A stretch of DNA of 64,000 nt from Laetmonice hystrix (GCA_965235115.1 OZ249436.1:38442001-38506000), one strand, 5' to 3'; shown: positions 12,771-26,625, numbered from the stretch's first letter. Notes: generated by a model from the sequence alone, not told the origin. Numbers and translations: made by a program.

Positions 12771-15700
12771 ATGTTTCGAGCAGTAGCGAGTCGCCTTGGA
12801 TCCGTAATTTCCTCTGTCACGAGGAACAGTGTGCAGTGTCGAACCTTAGGTACGTATAGTGAATATGAAGACTTCGAGTGATCACCATGTCCATTAGGAT
12901 CACGGACGGTGCAGAACTAAAAAGTGCGGTAACCACAGACACAGTCACACAGTCACTGAGTCAGGTACCCACACTGTCACAGTGTCAGTGCGGTGCAGTG
13001 GGCAGTAGCCTGGGACTGGGAGACTGAGTAGATCTGCTAGTACTACTGGCCTTCTTGATCAATGCAATGAGACCTGGGTCCGGTTTTTAAAATAAGATTG
13101 AGCCTGGCTTACTCGTAAACTAGGGTAAGATTGGTCTCGGTCGAAATCGGCCGCCGCTCGAAATCGGCCGCCCGTAATAGGGAGTTTCCGCAACGCCTCC
13201 GATTACGAATACGATTACGAATTGCGGTTGACGTCATCAATTCTTGCTGCGACGTCATCACCCGGGAAATCGTCGATGTTACTTTCGTCTCGTTCCTACG
13301 AGGATCGGCCGTGATCTTCGTAGCAAACAACGATTACCGAACATCCCAACTTTCACGCTGGTAATCAAATTCAGGAAGATCTATATTACGGAACGTACTT
13401 GTGAATATGTCTAGCAAACATAGTGATTGCATATAATGTGATCAACGGTAATGTTGATCATGAATTTGTGCCGAGAAAAGAGGTTCGACATGCACTGCAT
13501 TTTGCCACTGTGTCGGTCAGAGCGCTAGCCCTACGTGACGTCCAAACATCCGACGTCAAAATAGACAGTGATTGTAGCTGACCGTAGGCGTTACCATAGA
13601 TACGATAGCACTATCGTGTCTACGAGCTGACACAGTGAATGGGCATGGCGGACGTCTAAAATAGCGCTGCCATTTTGAATTTACCGCCATCTGGCGGTGT
13701 TCGTCGGTGCTAATGCGGAAACAAAATTATGTATCATACCGGTTACGATTATGATTACCGGCATTACGATTTTGAAATCGTAATCGCAATCGTAATCGTG
13801 CTTTTGCGGAAACTCCCTATTAACCTACGGCTACGGGCGTAGCACGCGGCGGCTCCGCTGGCGGAGCTGCCCGCAGGACTAAACTATCACTAACCCTAGG
13901 CCTGACCTTAACCTTAACCCAACTAACACTAACCCTAGGCCAAACCTTAACCTTAACCCAACTAACACTAACCCTAGGCGTAACCTTAACCTTAAGTACG
14001 GCCGCCCGTAACTTACGCGCGGCCGATTTCGAGCGGCGGCCGATTTCGATATACACCGTAAGATTAAGCCCAGTCTTACATGTTGTGTTTTTAAAACATG
14101 CAAATGAGGCTTGTAAGCGTAAGCCAGGCTCAGGCTTATAAGCCAGGGAGGGAGTTGTCTTACGAGCCCTAAGCCTGTGCCGACTTCGTGCCGATTTAAG
14201 GCATCTTTTTGCCCTAAAAGTAGCTTTCAACTCTTACTAAGAATACTTTACATTGTAAGGATGTTATACACTGTAGAACTGATAAGTAACGGTAAATACA
14301 TTGTCATTCCATGGCGAGATTGACGTTTGTTTACAACCTTCACAGTCACACCTCGTGGATCCGCACAAATCTAGCGATGGACGTATGCATAAAAAATCCG
14401 CTAGGTGGCGCTTGTGACCCGCTCGATCGCTCTGTCGATTCGAATTTTCAACGCCTCTTTTAAAGTACTTCTTGACATTTAACAGTCATTTTTCATATCG
14501 GTATAAGGCTATATAGGCTAGAACTCATAACTTACAGGATAAATAATGTAATTCCTTGGCTACATTATGTAGGATCATGTTTGTTTACATTCGGGAATCG
14601 ACAGACTTTGGTCATGGCGGAAGTTCGATTCACCATTGTCTCGATTGTGACGTCAGTTTTCCAGCCTTGACAACGGCTAAGCCTAGGCTTGGCGTAAGCC
14701 AGGCTTAGAACTTGTTTTAAAAACAGAAACGTAAGCCTAGTCTTACCGTAAGCCCAGTCTTACCAGTAAGACTTGGCTTATTTTAAAAACCGGACCCTGA
14801 TGCTGTACATAGCTAAAGCAGGTATGGAAACGGCAGCCACACGTTTCTGAAATTCTAGTACTGTAAATCACTTTAATTTGGCATGATTAAAATTTCGCAT
14901 TTTTTCATTTTGGGCTGGTTTCGCGTTTCTTGAGTTAAATTCGCGTTTAAGCAATGGCATCCCCATCTAAAAGTAAAACGTATTAAATTCAACAGTTTTA
15001 TTTCCCCACCACGCAAATACAGCAAGAGCTAGTAAGCAACTGCCAAGTTAAAGAAGGTAATGAAGTGTTGTTTTGTAAGCGGATATTATTGGAAATGCGC
15101 CGTTCCAAGTGTTTATTTCGCGTTTCTTAATTTCGCGTTTTTTTTGACAACACGAAAATCGCAAAATAAAAACACACGCGAAAAATACCTGATTTACAGT
15201 ATTCTATGACTATTCAGGGGCCTCGCTTTTGCGCATCGCACCAGACACGCTTAAGTTATTGGCAACACACTTTCAGTTACAGTTACTTGTTCTATCCATC
15301 ACGGGTTTCATTGGCCAATAGCTAACCCAAGAACGACCTCCACCTTGCTACTTTCTCAAACTTCACGGTTTACTACGGCAAAACAGCAGGTCAGTCTAGT
15401 ACTGAAAAAAGTATTTGGCACAGACTACGTATGGTGGCATGTTAGAGAGATATGAGTTTGTCATGGTCATCACAATTATTGAATATCATTGCTTTACACC
15501 AAATGAAGATTTCTTCATGAATGCAGGTAGAAAATTTATGACGGCCACGACCGATAAGACGATCTACTTTGGATAGTTACTTATTTGCTACTTGTTGAGA
15601 TACATTTCTGACTATAGTGCAGTGTTCTCCACAGGATCAAATGTCACACCGGCGGTGAGCTGGGGGCCTGGGGGGAGGGGTCCAGGGGCAACGTGGATTC

Positions 15701-18150
15701 CCAGGTTTTTTTGGGGTACTTCAATCTAAGGACACTTTAAATGAACAATTTGGCTGTGTTCACTGCAGACAGGTGTCTTGTCAACTGATGGGGTGGCCCT
15801 CTCAGAGTCATCAGCAGCTCAATTACGGTAAAAATCAGTTGTTTGGGTAAATAAATCATAGCGCACTTACTATGGATGCTCAGTGAAAATGGACATCGGC
15901 GGTCACTTTGGTCACTCACTTTGGTATGTACACTGGCGGGAGACAAAAGTACACACCGCCGGGCCGCCTGTGTACTTTGTATGTGTGGAGAATGCTGCAT
16001 CGTATCTGGGCTTCCACTACGACTAGCCATTTGCCAAGTTAGCACCCGTATGGGCAAAATATGATGCAAAGAGGCAAAGGATATGATAATCTTGTTTCCC
16101 CACACTGACGAACCCTCTTATAAATCTTGCCTAAAATATATACGCATAAAAAAACAAGGATGTCCATTACAACCTGACAGATTGTGGCTCAGAAATTAAG
16201 ATTTGGGTGCCCATTTAGCAACAGAGTCTGTCGTCAGTAAAATGTGAGCAAACAGAAACCTGGGATGTTATTAAAAAAAACATGTTCGTAAGACAATTCT
16301 TAAAAGCTCTATGGCAAGAAGCACAGGGATGTAACTCTTCCGTCATATAGCGGATTTCTGCCAACCGCTGTTCCCTGTAATAATCAGAAAACGGGCACTG
16401 TATTTTCGCAAATTAGGTAGATTCTGTTACTGTTTTTATTTGATTTCAACATCCCGTGAGTTTTTAAGTCTTTCCTTGAATCGTTGCTCTTCGTACGGCC
16501 GTAGATACGATAGCACGGTCCTCGGTCCTCTTCGTCCCCATATCCTGGCCCCATTCCCCGGCCCTCAGTCCCCTGGCCCTGGATATATGGACTGTCGTTT
16601 GACGCTTGGTAACTAAGTGATTGAATCCATCAATGCACGGTGGCCTTTACCCAAATCATAGAGAAATGGAGTGTCGAGAGTATTTTATTTGATCAAGATG
16701 GGACGGGTGGTTGTAGCACACACAGCAAAGGGAATACCCGACATGTCTGCCCCTCGGCGACCTTGCCATGCCCGCCCTGCCGCCCGTGTTCCCGTGGTGT
16801 CCAAATGTTATATGTTATTGAACGTATCATCCCATGGGAAAATGTATCCTTTAAGTAATGTTCTCCTACCATCTTCAAGCAGACTGATGGAGTGTGTACT
16901 TTTTTTTACGTGGCCAACTAATTGAACCGTTGATTTTTGATAGCACTGACCTCCAGTCGATATGGCCATGGTAAGAAGGAGTCTGCCGAGGAGTTTGATA
17001 CAAGGTACGAGGCATTCTTCAACCGACAGGACATCGATGGCTGGGAGGTGCGCAAGGCAATGAATGATTTGCAGGTGAGGTCAAATAAGGTTTTGGACAG
17101 CAGCTGGCTGTAAGTCTTAAAATCAGCAAAGAGTGTGCTGGTGGTAGATTTTTTCCCAAATGGAAATGGTCGTTATAACTCATCAGAAATTTCTGAATAA
17201 AAAGAAGAGTCTTTGTTTTTTTTTTCACCCGGCAATGATGACTCTTGATTCCTAGTTTTGACCTTTGCACATAACATTTTTTGCTACATCTAAAAAAATG
17301 ATCAAAAGTTTTTATGAGATACATGTATACTTTTTTGAAGAATACGTGTTAACTGATGGTCGTTTCTGGTTAATCTTTTTCAGGGGTTTGACCTTGTCCC
17401 TGAACCATCTATTGTTATCGCTGCCATGAAGGCTTGTCGGCGGGTCAACGACTATGCCTTGGCAGTACGCTACCTGGAAGCCATCAAGGTAAAGATTATT
17501 ATTGTGTTTCCTACTACATTTGTACTTGTATACTCGACAAGAAAAAGTTTGGTGATCTGGGGTGGTGTGCAGTGGTTAGAGCACAGGACCTAGAACCAAA
17601 GGTTTCGAGTTCGAGCCACGGCACCCTGTGCTGCGGACTGCTTTATCAAAGGCCGGCTGTGTAACGATACGTCTATGTGGAAGGACACGTTAAAGATCCC
17701 TTGGCATCTGTTGATAAGAGTCGGAGTTCGCCCCAGTGTGTGGGTTTCTTCCTGTCATATCATTATCACTCAATGGATTTCACCGACTGAGTTAGTTACC
17801 TTGTTCTCACCCAGATAGCTGAAGTACTGCTGACTGGGCGTTAAAACACCCTCACTATTAAGTAAAACTTTGAAGATGATTACACGTTTGTTTGTGGTAC
17901 TCAATGTACATTTTGAAAACATTAAGTAGAAATATCAGTACTGTAATTTTCTGATATTTCAACAAGCACATTTTCATAACTGTGTATACATTTGCAGGAG
18001 AAGTGCGGACCAAAAGTGACCACCATCTGGCCCTACATGTTAACACAGATCCAACCAACCCTAGATGAACTTGGCATCCTCACTCCAGAAGATATGGGAT
18101 ATGATAAGCCAGAATTAGCAAAACTCAACGTTTATGATATGCACCAATAA
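12771..18150 (+). CDS. COX5A: Cytochrome c oxidase subunit 5A, mitochondrial precursor (155 aa, 4 exons)
   Basis: Exons 12771-12849 (Arg/Ser-rich transit peptide MFRAVASRLGSVISSVTRN...), 16944-17074 (ESAEEFDTRYEAFFNRQDIDGWEVRKAMNDL), 17384-17488 (DLVPEPSIVIAAMKACRRVNDYALAVRYLEAIK), 17998-18150 (PYMLTQIQPTLDELGILTPEDMGYDKPEL). GT-AG introns, 468 nt. Confidence 0.96.
13133..14057. mobile_element. TIR element with GG termini and 8-bp TSD (middle layer), carrying TAACCC/TAACCT-type repeats
   Basis: TSD GTAAGATT at 13125-13132 and 14058-14065. TIR core TCGAAATCGGCCGCCGCTCGAAATCGGCCGC mirrored at 14018-14049. ~39-bp AACCCTAGG/AACCTTAACC tandem at 13888-13995. Confidence 0.85.
13179..13818. mobile_element. 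MITE with AGGGAGTTTCCGCAA TIRs (inner layer)
   Basis: AT-AGGGAGTTTCCGCAA ... TTGCGGAAACTCCCT-AT; subterminal CGATTACGA motifs mirrored. Confidence 0.8.
14861..15199. mobile_element. Tc1/pogo-type MITE, TA TSD
   Basis: TA|CTGTAAATCA ... TGATTTACAG|TA, with repeated TTTCGCG subterminal motifs. Confidence 0.75.
15620..15997. mobile_element. hAT-like MITE remnant
   Basis: CAGTGTTCTCCACA ... TGTGGAGAATGCTG imperfect TIR; no TSD recognisable. Confidence 0.45.
17555..17856 (+). mobile_element. tRNA-derived SINE with Nin/Deu-type central domain (COX5A intron 3)
   Basis: A-box-like TGGTGTGCAGTGG and B-box GAGTTCGAGCC. Central CACGTTAAAGATCCCTTGGCA..AAGAG..GGAGTTCGCCCCAGTGT resembles the Deu/Nin domain. 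Tail GGGCGTTAAAACACC. Confidence 0.7.
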
Positions 18151-18193
18151 AAAAAGGTATGTCCTATGTCCCGTAATGTTCCTGAATATTGGG

Positions 18194-18573
18194 GAGGGGT
18201 CGAAAAATTCGGTATTCCGATGCCCGGGACTAGCAGGGTTTTTTCAGGTCAGACTACCCCAGAATCCAAGCAAATGCATTAAATTACTACGACGTTAAGT
18301 AACATGCCGTTACTTAAAATGAGATAGTGAATTTGTAGCTTGCATGGTGATGCAGTACTAGAGACTTATGCCAGGAATAGATAGCATTTTGTCATTTTGA
18401 TGATGTTCCTGATATCAGATCTGTATTTTTGTGTCCTTAATTTATGTCCTTAACACATAGCTGCGGGCTAGTAATGTATGCAAATATACGAGCCGCTCAA
18501 AGTGGTGGACTAGTACAACCTAACACACCACTAGTCCGGGTCAGCGGCCAAAAGTTGGATATTTCGACCCCTG
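18194..18573. mobile_element. hAT-like MITE just downstream of the COX5A stop
   Basis: AGGGGTCGAAA ... TTTCGACCCCTG TIR; inner CCCGGGACTAG / CTAGTCCGGG mirror; TSD not seen. Confidence 0.5.
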
Positions 18574-18639
18574 AAGGGTTAATTTACTAAATTACTGGAA
18601 TGTAAAACTCATGTGCCTTGTGGAATATGGTATACCATA

Positions 18640-19260
18640 ATTCGCTGCCTTTCTGGCAAACCGCCGAATATGGGGTTTAGACGGAACTGAGAAAAACGCA
18701 CTTGAAGTTTTGCACTTTTCTCAAACATCCTCAAAATCAATCTAACATTATTTCTTTCGTTATTTTTATGGGAATCGCTAATATACGATATGATACGGCA
18801 TACTTTGGAATCCATGTGACGCTAACAGTAATTTCCGGCGAAATAATGAAGGCTAAAAATAGCCAGGCCATATTCGACGGGACCCGAAAAAGTTCTACGT
18901 GACGTTATGTCATATTCGACGGTTCGCCGGAAAACTTTTATCTTGCCCATGAATATTCGACGTGTTGCTATGGAAAATATACGTGATCACTGATCATATT
19001 ATTACCTTATTTGGGCATAATTTCTATATTCGACGGTTCGCCGTAAAAACCGTTAAATATTCATGACGGTTCACCGAAAAGTAAATCGAAGACTATTCAT
19101 ATTCGCCAAAGAACCCGACGTTAAAATCTCGCTAATTCTCGCCCAGAGGGTAATGAAATTTTCAGGCATTACAGATTTCTTCAAAATTATTAAGAATCTA
19201 CTAAAAACTCAATTTCGCCAAAACCCCCATATTCGACGGTTCGCCAGAAAGGCAGCGAAT
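18640..19260. mobile_element. MITE with ~40-bp TIRs and TA TSD
   Basis: TA|ATTCGCTGCCTTTCTGGCAAACCGCCGAATATGGGG ... CCCCATATTCGACGGTTCGCCAGAAAGGCAGCGAAT|TA; internal ATATTCGACGG repeats. Confidence 0.85.
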
Positions 19261-20268
19261 TAGTTGTAATATCTACATAATTACGGGGTACTTATGCATT
19301 ATTGAAATGATAACTAACCACCATGACTTAAAAGTAACAGAAGAGACTAGAAAATTGGATGAAAAGATAAGGCATTAAATACAAAACCCCCTTGTTATTT
19401 TAGATGCACCAGAGCTGAGTCAAGCATGGAGAATAATGGAAGTTGATGACGGATATAATAACACTGGAAAAGATCAGAACAGATTACTTTTAAATGTTGG
19501 GACACGTGCAGTGTTGACAATGTCTTTACCTTGTTCTTTACCCAGTGAAAATAAATATTGAACCCCTTTAAATGGACTTGTGGTTTGACCTCGAGAATTG
19601 TTCTGAACTTACTTTTCATTTCCATTCCTATGAAATGAGCCCGCAGATTTCTTCCAGCTAAATATTTGTCGCCTTCCAAACCAACAAGTAGAAAATAGAG
19701 GGAGAAAAGAGGACATAAGATTGAGAAACGAAAATAAGAGAAGGTTTAAACTGGCACCTCAAATTGATTTATTTACCTTTGAACGCCAGTGACACCATGT
19801 TAAAATTTCAGGTTAGAGCGATAAGCGAAAGTATTTTAAAATGGAATCGAAAAATATGATTAATAAATAAACACTGGCTGTAAAACTGGGCTTCAAAGGT
19901 AACTATTTGAGGAAACGTCAGGGAGGAAGAAAAGGAGCAAGGCAGACGGGAGGAAGGAGAAATGTAGGAAAGGAAAAAGGAAGGAGGATAAGGAAGAAAA
20001 GAGAGAAAATGGGGAGTAAGTATAAAAGAAAAAGCAGATAAAACGGAGGGAGAAAGGGCCGGGGAAACCTTACAGAGGGAAAAAGTAGGTTTTTACATTT
20101 TACATATATATGCGACATTATCATACAAAACGAAAGCGGTTCACTTGAATTACATCTTTGGTCCACCTTGGTCACAATACGGTAAGGTCACATAAGCTGG
20201 GCCGTGAATATGGCCATGGTCACTCATGGCAAGGTCAGAAATACGGCAGCATAGGTTTGTGTTTGTTA

Positions 20269-20492
20269 AGGCCGCCGCACACGACGAACATTTGTGCGCG
20301 AACATTTGTTCCCGAACAAAAATCCGCTCGTGTGCGGTGATCAAAACGCCGAACGAACAATTGTTCGTCGGTATTCGACATGGTAAATACCGACGAACAA
20401 TTGTTCGTTCGGCATTTTGATCACCGCACACGAGCGGATTTTTGTTCGGGAACAAATGTTCGCGCACAAATGTTCGTCGTGTGCGGCGGCCT
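20269..20492. mobile_element. Near-perfect palindromic PIF/Harbinger (Tourist-like) MITE
   Basis: ~107-bp arms (AGGCCGCCGCACACGACGAAC...) with about 1 mismatch around a ~10-nt loop; TTA TSD on both sides. Confidence 0.9.
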
Positions 20493-21082
20493 TTACCTGC
20501 CATATTTGTAGCCATTTTTAGTTCATTTTACCAATCTTCAATTGAAGGACCAAAAATAGCAGGCCCCACAACCAAATGACAGACTGTCCGTCGCTAGTCG
20601 GACGGTCCGATGCGCTTATTGAAACACCCCCCTGCACATCGGGGCTTACAGGATTGTGAGCAAAGTATCGGGATATCGGGATACCTGCCCCCTTTCACCC
20701 TCCCCCTTTGTAGACTATGACTGCATCATGACAGGGAATGGCAGAATAACGTACTAGGCTAGATTCCGAACCAAGTATAGTGTATATGGACCCACTTATA
20801 AATCTGTAAGCCCCCCCCCCCTCCGCCCCCCCCCCCCCCCCAGGAAGGAAGATTCAAGATAAAAGGTCTTTATCTGCGACTGCCCCTTGAGATTTCTACC
20901 ATGAAAATAAAAGCGACACAACTTGGAACGGTCAGTTGCCATTATCGCAAGATGATCTGGCCTGAACTGTTCTACCTCTATATTAGGCAGCCAGTTAGTT
21001 TTGAAAGATTTCTGCATCGAGTTCTCGGCCTGCATGCTCAGTATCATGAGTATGTCGTTATAGCCATAACGAGATACTAATT

Positions 21083-21355
21083 GGGGCCTCGGGTGGCCGA
21101 GCACTTTTGGTCTAAGGTGTTGGCTCATAACACCTTAGTAGGCCTACCATCGCCTCACACCACTGCGATCCGGGTTCGATCCCCGGCCTGGGCCGCATGT
21201 GTGAAAGGTTTGTCAGTTCCTTTCCAAAGGCCAGTGGTTTCCTCCGGGTACTCCGGTTTCCTCCACCAAGAAAAACTGACTTTCATCATCATCTTCACCG
21301 CCGTGATATGACCCTGGCTGTTGCAAGGCGTAAAACCCCAAACAACCACCCACCC
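21083..21355 (+). mobile_element. tRNA-derived SINE with V-domain-like core
   Basis: A-box GGTGGCCGAGC and B-box GGTTCGATCCC. Core GGTTTCCTCCGGGTACTCCGGTTTCCTCCACC. Tail GGCGTAAAACCCC plus short ACC repeats. Confidence 0.75.
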
Positions 21356-24300
21356 GAGAGGTAAATGTAGGCTAATTCGATCAGTATAGTTTCCGTAGTA
21401 GGCCTACATGTGTATTATAACCTCAGTTATGTACCAGAGGTTAGATGTTAGGCACGTGTTTTATTTTTACGTTAAAAACGGAGTAGCGTTAAAGGGAATA
21501 GAAAAGTTCAAACTATCAATATAAGGGTGTTCAGCATGAACAAGCTTGTTCTTACGTCTACAATTCTGTGATTATCTGATCTTTAATAAAGGAATAATCA
21601 ACCGAAATGTAGAGACATTCTCCTGCTGGCTTCGTCCGTTTGTTTACCCTATTTGGCCCTTATCTCAATCTATTAATAGATTTTATATAGCCCCCGCTGT
21701 CTCGCGTGGGAAATAGGGAATGACCCGGGCGGTATTTTTAAAAAGTCGCCGTTGACAGTGTTCCACTTATCTTTGTGACCTTAGTCTTAGACACTTTATA
21801 TGGTGTTAGAGTCTACTGGTGAGTTGGGAGCGGGAAAAACGTGGGAGTAGAGGTCTAAGCCTATGTAGCCTACATTAATAGGCTAGATCTACCGAAAAAT
21901 ATATTTGAAATGAAAAAGTATAAAACCTTTTCACCATGGAAATAACCGCATGTATACGTGTACATACATGTTTCCCAGTGTTAAATTTTACAAGAGGATT
22001 CCAACCATTGATTTTCCGCCTCGAGCGGAGCGCTAGCATCAGCTCGGTGGCGCCGCCTGACGGTGGGAATTTCAACAGATCGCGTGTTTCTTATTGGTGG
22101 CGAGAGAGGGCACCACCAGGTAGTCTTCCGTGAAGGTTCAGAGAGTGTATTCGCTGTAGGCCATACACCTCGTCCTGGCATGACAAACACAGTAATATCA
22201 CTTTATCTAAGACCATAAAGGCGCATTTCCCAACGACAGTACGATAAACTTGGTGAGATCAACTTTCAAATATTTTAATTTTCGCCTATGCTTTATTTAC
22301 CATTAGGGAATACCTTACTTAGATTGATGGATCAACCTATATATCGCTATAATTTTCCCTAAAAGGCCCACAAACGTAAAGGATTATAGGCCCTAGAACG
22401 AACTGCAATTTTCGAAACTTTTACCAGAGGAAATGAGGCTATGCTGGTAATAATCGATCCTGGCCTGAGTCCATGCTGGGTTACACGGGCTGAATGATCA
22501 GGTATTCATTTTTATAATACTGTAATCCGGTTCCGGTGCCATATGTACGCGTAATCACGGAATAGACCGGATTATATGAGAGTTCACTTACCGGTGCCGC
22601 CGTGGCCTCGCAGTGTGCACTGTACAGGCTTAGAGTATTAGACGTGATCAGTAGCATAGGCCTACCCAGAAACTGGACCCAGGGGGTGCTGGAAATAACC
22701 AACGTCGTAGGCGCTGCAAATTGGGACTGTGGGCAATAAGCGCAAGAAAAAAAAATTGGACAAATTGAGGGGGGTGCTTGAGCACCTAAAGCACCCCCCG
22801 CCCCTGGGTACGCTACTGGTGATCGATGAGCCAGGGGTGGAATATTATTGTCTCGTTCGCAGCATGCTTTCTATAGTCACCCACAATACCTATTAACGAT
22901 ATAAGAAGTAGGCCATATTAATTGTGTATACATGTATTATGATTGGAACTTTGCGATGAAGGCACTTAATGTATAGGCATACTTTTTTTTATTTGGTCAG
23001 ATCGGCTTCTGTCGTTTTTATGTGGAATTATGGCATTGCTAATTACCTTGTAGTGAATTACAAAAATGCACATAGGTGACTTTGAGGATTATGAAAAGGT
23101 GAACTTGCAACTAAAAGTGATAGGCCTAAATTTAATTAGAAAGTAAAGGACCTATACATAATAGTTCTGAAGCTATACAGGACCCTACGACCCCCCCCCC
23201 CCCCCCCCCAAGCGTTATGCGCGTAGGCCCATGTACGGGCCAAGATAGCGGCCAATATAAGGTCTAGTGTCTACATGTCAGAGCAGAGTTCCACGGCAGT
23301 ATCTTAGAAACACCTATACACAGATGCACTTTGAAAAGGACGACACTGGGATGTGGACAAGAAGGGACCCCCCCCCCCCCGTCCGTATTCCGGGGCAATG
23401 CACCTCATCCTAAAAATGACCACTGTGCGTGGTCACATTTGTTCCTCGCTTGCCGCTATTTGCTGAACACATTGGTATAATACCCCAGGGGCGTCGGACC
23501 TGGGATGTGCGGATGGGACTGCTGACCCCACAGATATAGGACTGACCCCACAGATATAGGACTGACCCCACAAATACATTTTTCAACTCCACATACTGGG
23601 TCCAAACCTCAAAAATAAGGTTCAGAATCTAAAAGGTCAACTTCTGCCTCTGAATGGACCGTTTCCAAAGTGGTCCCTGATTACCACCATCAGTGTGCTG
23701 TATGTATACACTGGTATAGGACGAACACAATGGTATACAACTGGCAGAGGGACCCCGGCAGGTGTTCCAGCCCACCCATACTGACTAATGAGGCGAGCCT
23801 TTCTTCACAATCCCCGGGCCGCCTGCAGGTTCTGGCACAGACCTCCAGAGTAAACGCAAACTCCCCCCACAAGAATACTGTGGTACCTTTGCCCCTGTCA
23901 ATGGTAATTGGTATTTGTTATGAATCGTCAGCTGCCTTGGCATCCCTGTTAATGAGTTCTGGGCTGGCGGTTGTTTCAATCTCTGTGTGGGTGATGGCAG
24001 CTGCGGTATTGGATCTTGTAACAGATTTACATTATCGACTCTCCGCCCTTCGAGTCGATAATGTAGGCCTACATCACAAAGGCATGCGTCTTACCAAGGA
24101 CATGCATGTTTCTTTATGTTTGGCCATGGGGAAAATTGCCCTCCCTCCAGATTTCATTGTTGGATGCCGTCGATGCTATATTCCAGTTTGAAGTATATCA
24201 GCCATCTTATGACTCGGTCGTATAGTTAATTGGGCGCGTTTTGTTGATTCGAAAAGAATTAGTCACAAAAAACCTACAAGATATTCCTTGAGAAAACGGT

Positions 24301-24454
24301 AAAGGAGGCCCGTCTGATGTTGACATCATGATGTTGATGTTCGTACGCTATTTCCATAATAGGGGCCACGTCCTGGCATCTGCATATTAAAGGGGCGAAA
24401 CCATTAAGACGATTGTCCTTCGCCCTCCATGAGATTTTTTACATCACCCTTATA

Positions 24455-25090
24455 TTTCCCCCCTACCCATCGGGCGGGGGGCTCCTCCGTCCGTCCGTAG
24501 ACAGCAATTTCTCAGAAGTGTGTGGGTCAAATTTCATGAAACTTGACGCGATGATCAGGAATGGTCTAAGGATGATGCACCCCAAATAGAGTTTCGATAT
24601 CTTTCAAAATGGCCGCCGGGCCAAACGTGATGCAAAGATGCCAGTGTATTTTCAGTTCAGATCCAATATGGCAAAATGGCGGCCATATTTGTTATTTGAT
24701 CCGCATAATAACACGGTTTTGGCCATCTTGGATGTTTTTTATTTGAAGCAATAGCTCAGTCAAAACTGTCTGAATTTCTTTCAAACGTGGATCTTTAAAC
24801 CAATGCAAGAAAAGGCTACAGTTACTTATATTATTCACTATAGTATGAATAAGAAGTTGCTCTTTCGTTTCGCGCCATTGGCGAAGACGTCGCGGGACGT
24901 ATTCGTCGACCTTCCTGGCCTTAAAAGGTCAATCGGGGCCGTGGATCCTTCAATGGCTTGGACCTTTAGAATGTCATATGGTGTTGGGGAGTATTTCTTC
25001 AACCTTCAGTCACCTTCCATTAGGCCTAGCCTACATAGTGACAATCATTGAGTGACCTTGAGAGGTCCATCAAGGTCGGAGAATAAAGGG
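24455..25090 (+). mobile_element. Helentron/HINE (DINE-1-like) non-autonomous element remnant
   Basis: Short hairpin followed by (CCGT)n, CAATTTCTCAG..AATTTCATGAAACTTG, AAAATGGC(C/G)GCC and TGACCTTGA motifs typical of such elements. Ends are uncertain. Confidence 0.4.
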
Positions 25091-26599
25091 TGGTATCCAT
25101 TCCTAGAAACAGTCAGGAAAATTACAGAGTGAAATTCCACCTTTAAGTGAAATATCTTATATGTACGTCGCAAACATAATCGCCATGTGTCCCCGCGTTT
25201 CCGCGCAGAAAGTGTTTCTCTCCTGTAAACAGTGACACAACTACGATAATGTGCAGCCGTTCCTAAGTTAGTACAGTGAAACGAGCGAATATGATATCAT
25301 AGACTAAATGAATGAAACATTACCCTCTTGAATGATAAATTCTAAATTAAAGAACACTGTATTCCCCAGAGCGTGGCATATATCAGTCACTGTCGCGGGT
25401 CCTATCAATCTGAGATCTCGTGTCGAAGGAGGCGGACGCCTTTCTTCGCCGATAGCAATGAATGTATAATGACCACTGGGGGTTTTAAAGCAATGCTTTA
25501 CTCGAGCACCAGCTGCGAGCCTGCCAAGACTAATGGCACTTATACCGAACGCTTTTTGGGCGTTTCCCGTGGGACCCTGCAACTTCAGAGCTCCATGCGA
25601 CGCCGCCGAGGAGGTCAGGAACGTAGCGTACTTCATACAGGCGCTGTCACACATCTCCGCCTGGTCTTGCTGCGCATGCGCCTAGCCTGCCATGCGGCGT
25701 TTCTGGAGAGGGGGGGGGGGGGGTGAGAGCAGGTGGTAACCTTCCCGTGCCTGCAGACAATAGGAATGCAGGCGTCGGCACCGCTTTTGTCTCAGCGTCC
25801 TTGTGATATGTCTATGATAATCAACCGCTTACAAAAAGGTGGCGTCTCTAGCAAAATACAATGCGTTCATTATGGAAGATTGTCACAAACTGCTATCACT
25901 CATAATTACGTTTCTGTGAGAAAATTTCCAATAAAAATAGTAGATTCATTGAGAGAATTTAGTCTGTGTTTATTTAGTTATCTGTTATATTGCGATGGAA
26001 ACGTTATGCCTTAATCTAAGCAGGCTATCATGTGAACGACAAGTATGATTGCGGTTAGACACATTGGTTTTAACTGGTGCATGTCTGTTAATTTGTTAAT
26101 CGTCGAGTGTAACCTTACACATCTAAACTGCAGGAATGATTGCATGTTCTACTGTTACTTGTGATCTGATTGGTAGAAGTCGTGGTATGTACGCTAGGTC
26201 TATACTTCACCGAGTATGTCCATTCGTTGTCGTGAATGCAGATTGTACTTTACATTACATAGTCCTTTATACTGAAATACGTTTACTTATAGTCTGATTT
26301 CCCGGCAACAAGTTTGGCTCATGCTTAGTATTTTCTATAATTTAAATAGCGCCTTTAAAAGAATATCCATACGCGAGTGCCGAGAGAAGAATTTGATGCT
26401 GCACATGCTGTATAGGGCATCAATGTAGAATTTTTATTAACGCTGACAATGTTGTTTTGTATTGCGAGCGTTTCGTCGCTATCCACTGTGAGCGTTTCGA
26501 CGCTATCAATGCCGCTTTTTGCTGTGCTACTTAGTACAAGGTGTCAAATACCTACCACACCATACCATAGTTAACTGCTTCCAGTGTTACTGATGTTGC

Positions 26600-26625
26600 T
26601 GCTGTTACTACTACTACTACTACTA

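Larger units (their letters stand above)
13077..14796. mobile_element. PIF/Harbinger-like MITE (outer layer of a nest) in COX5A intron 1
   Basis: TIR GGTCCGGTTTTTAAAATAAG / CTTATTTTAAAAACCGGACC; 3-bp TSD CTG (13074-76, 14797-99). Confidence 0.85.

Noticed and set aside
2000..13070. KolobokP-type long terminal direct repeats
   Set aside because: No several-hundred-bp direct repeat could be seen on both sides of the gene pair.
13888..13995. Interstitial telomere
   Set aside because: Degenerate TAACCC/TAACCT units lie inside a TSD-bounded transposon and are not a (TTAGGG)n tract.
23670..24191. 173-aa ORF
   Set aside because: GTG start, no recognisable motif and no supporting splice structure.
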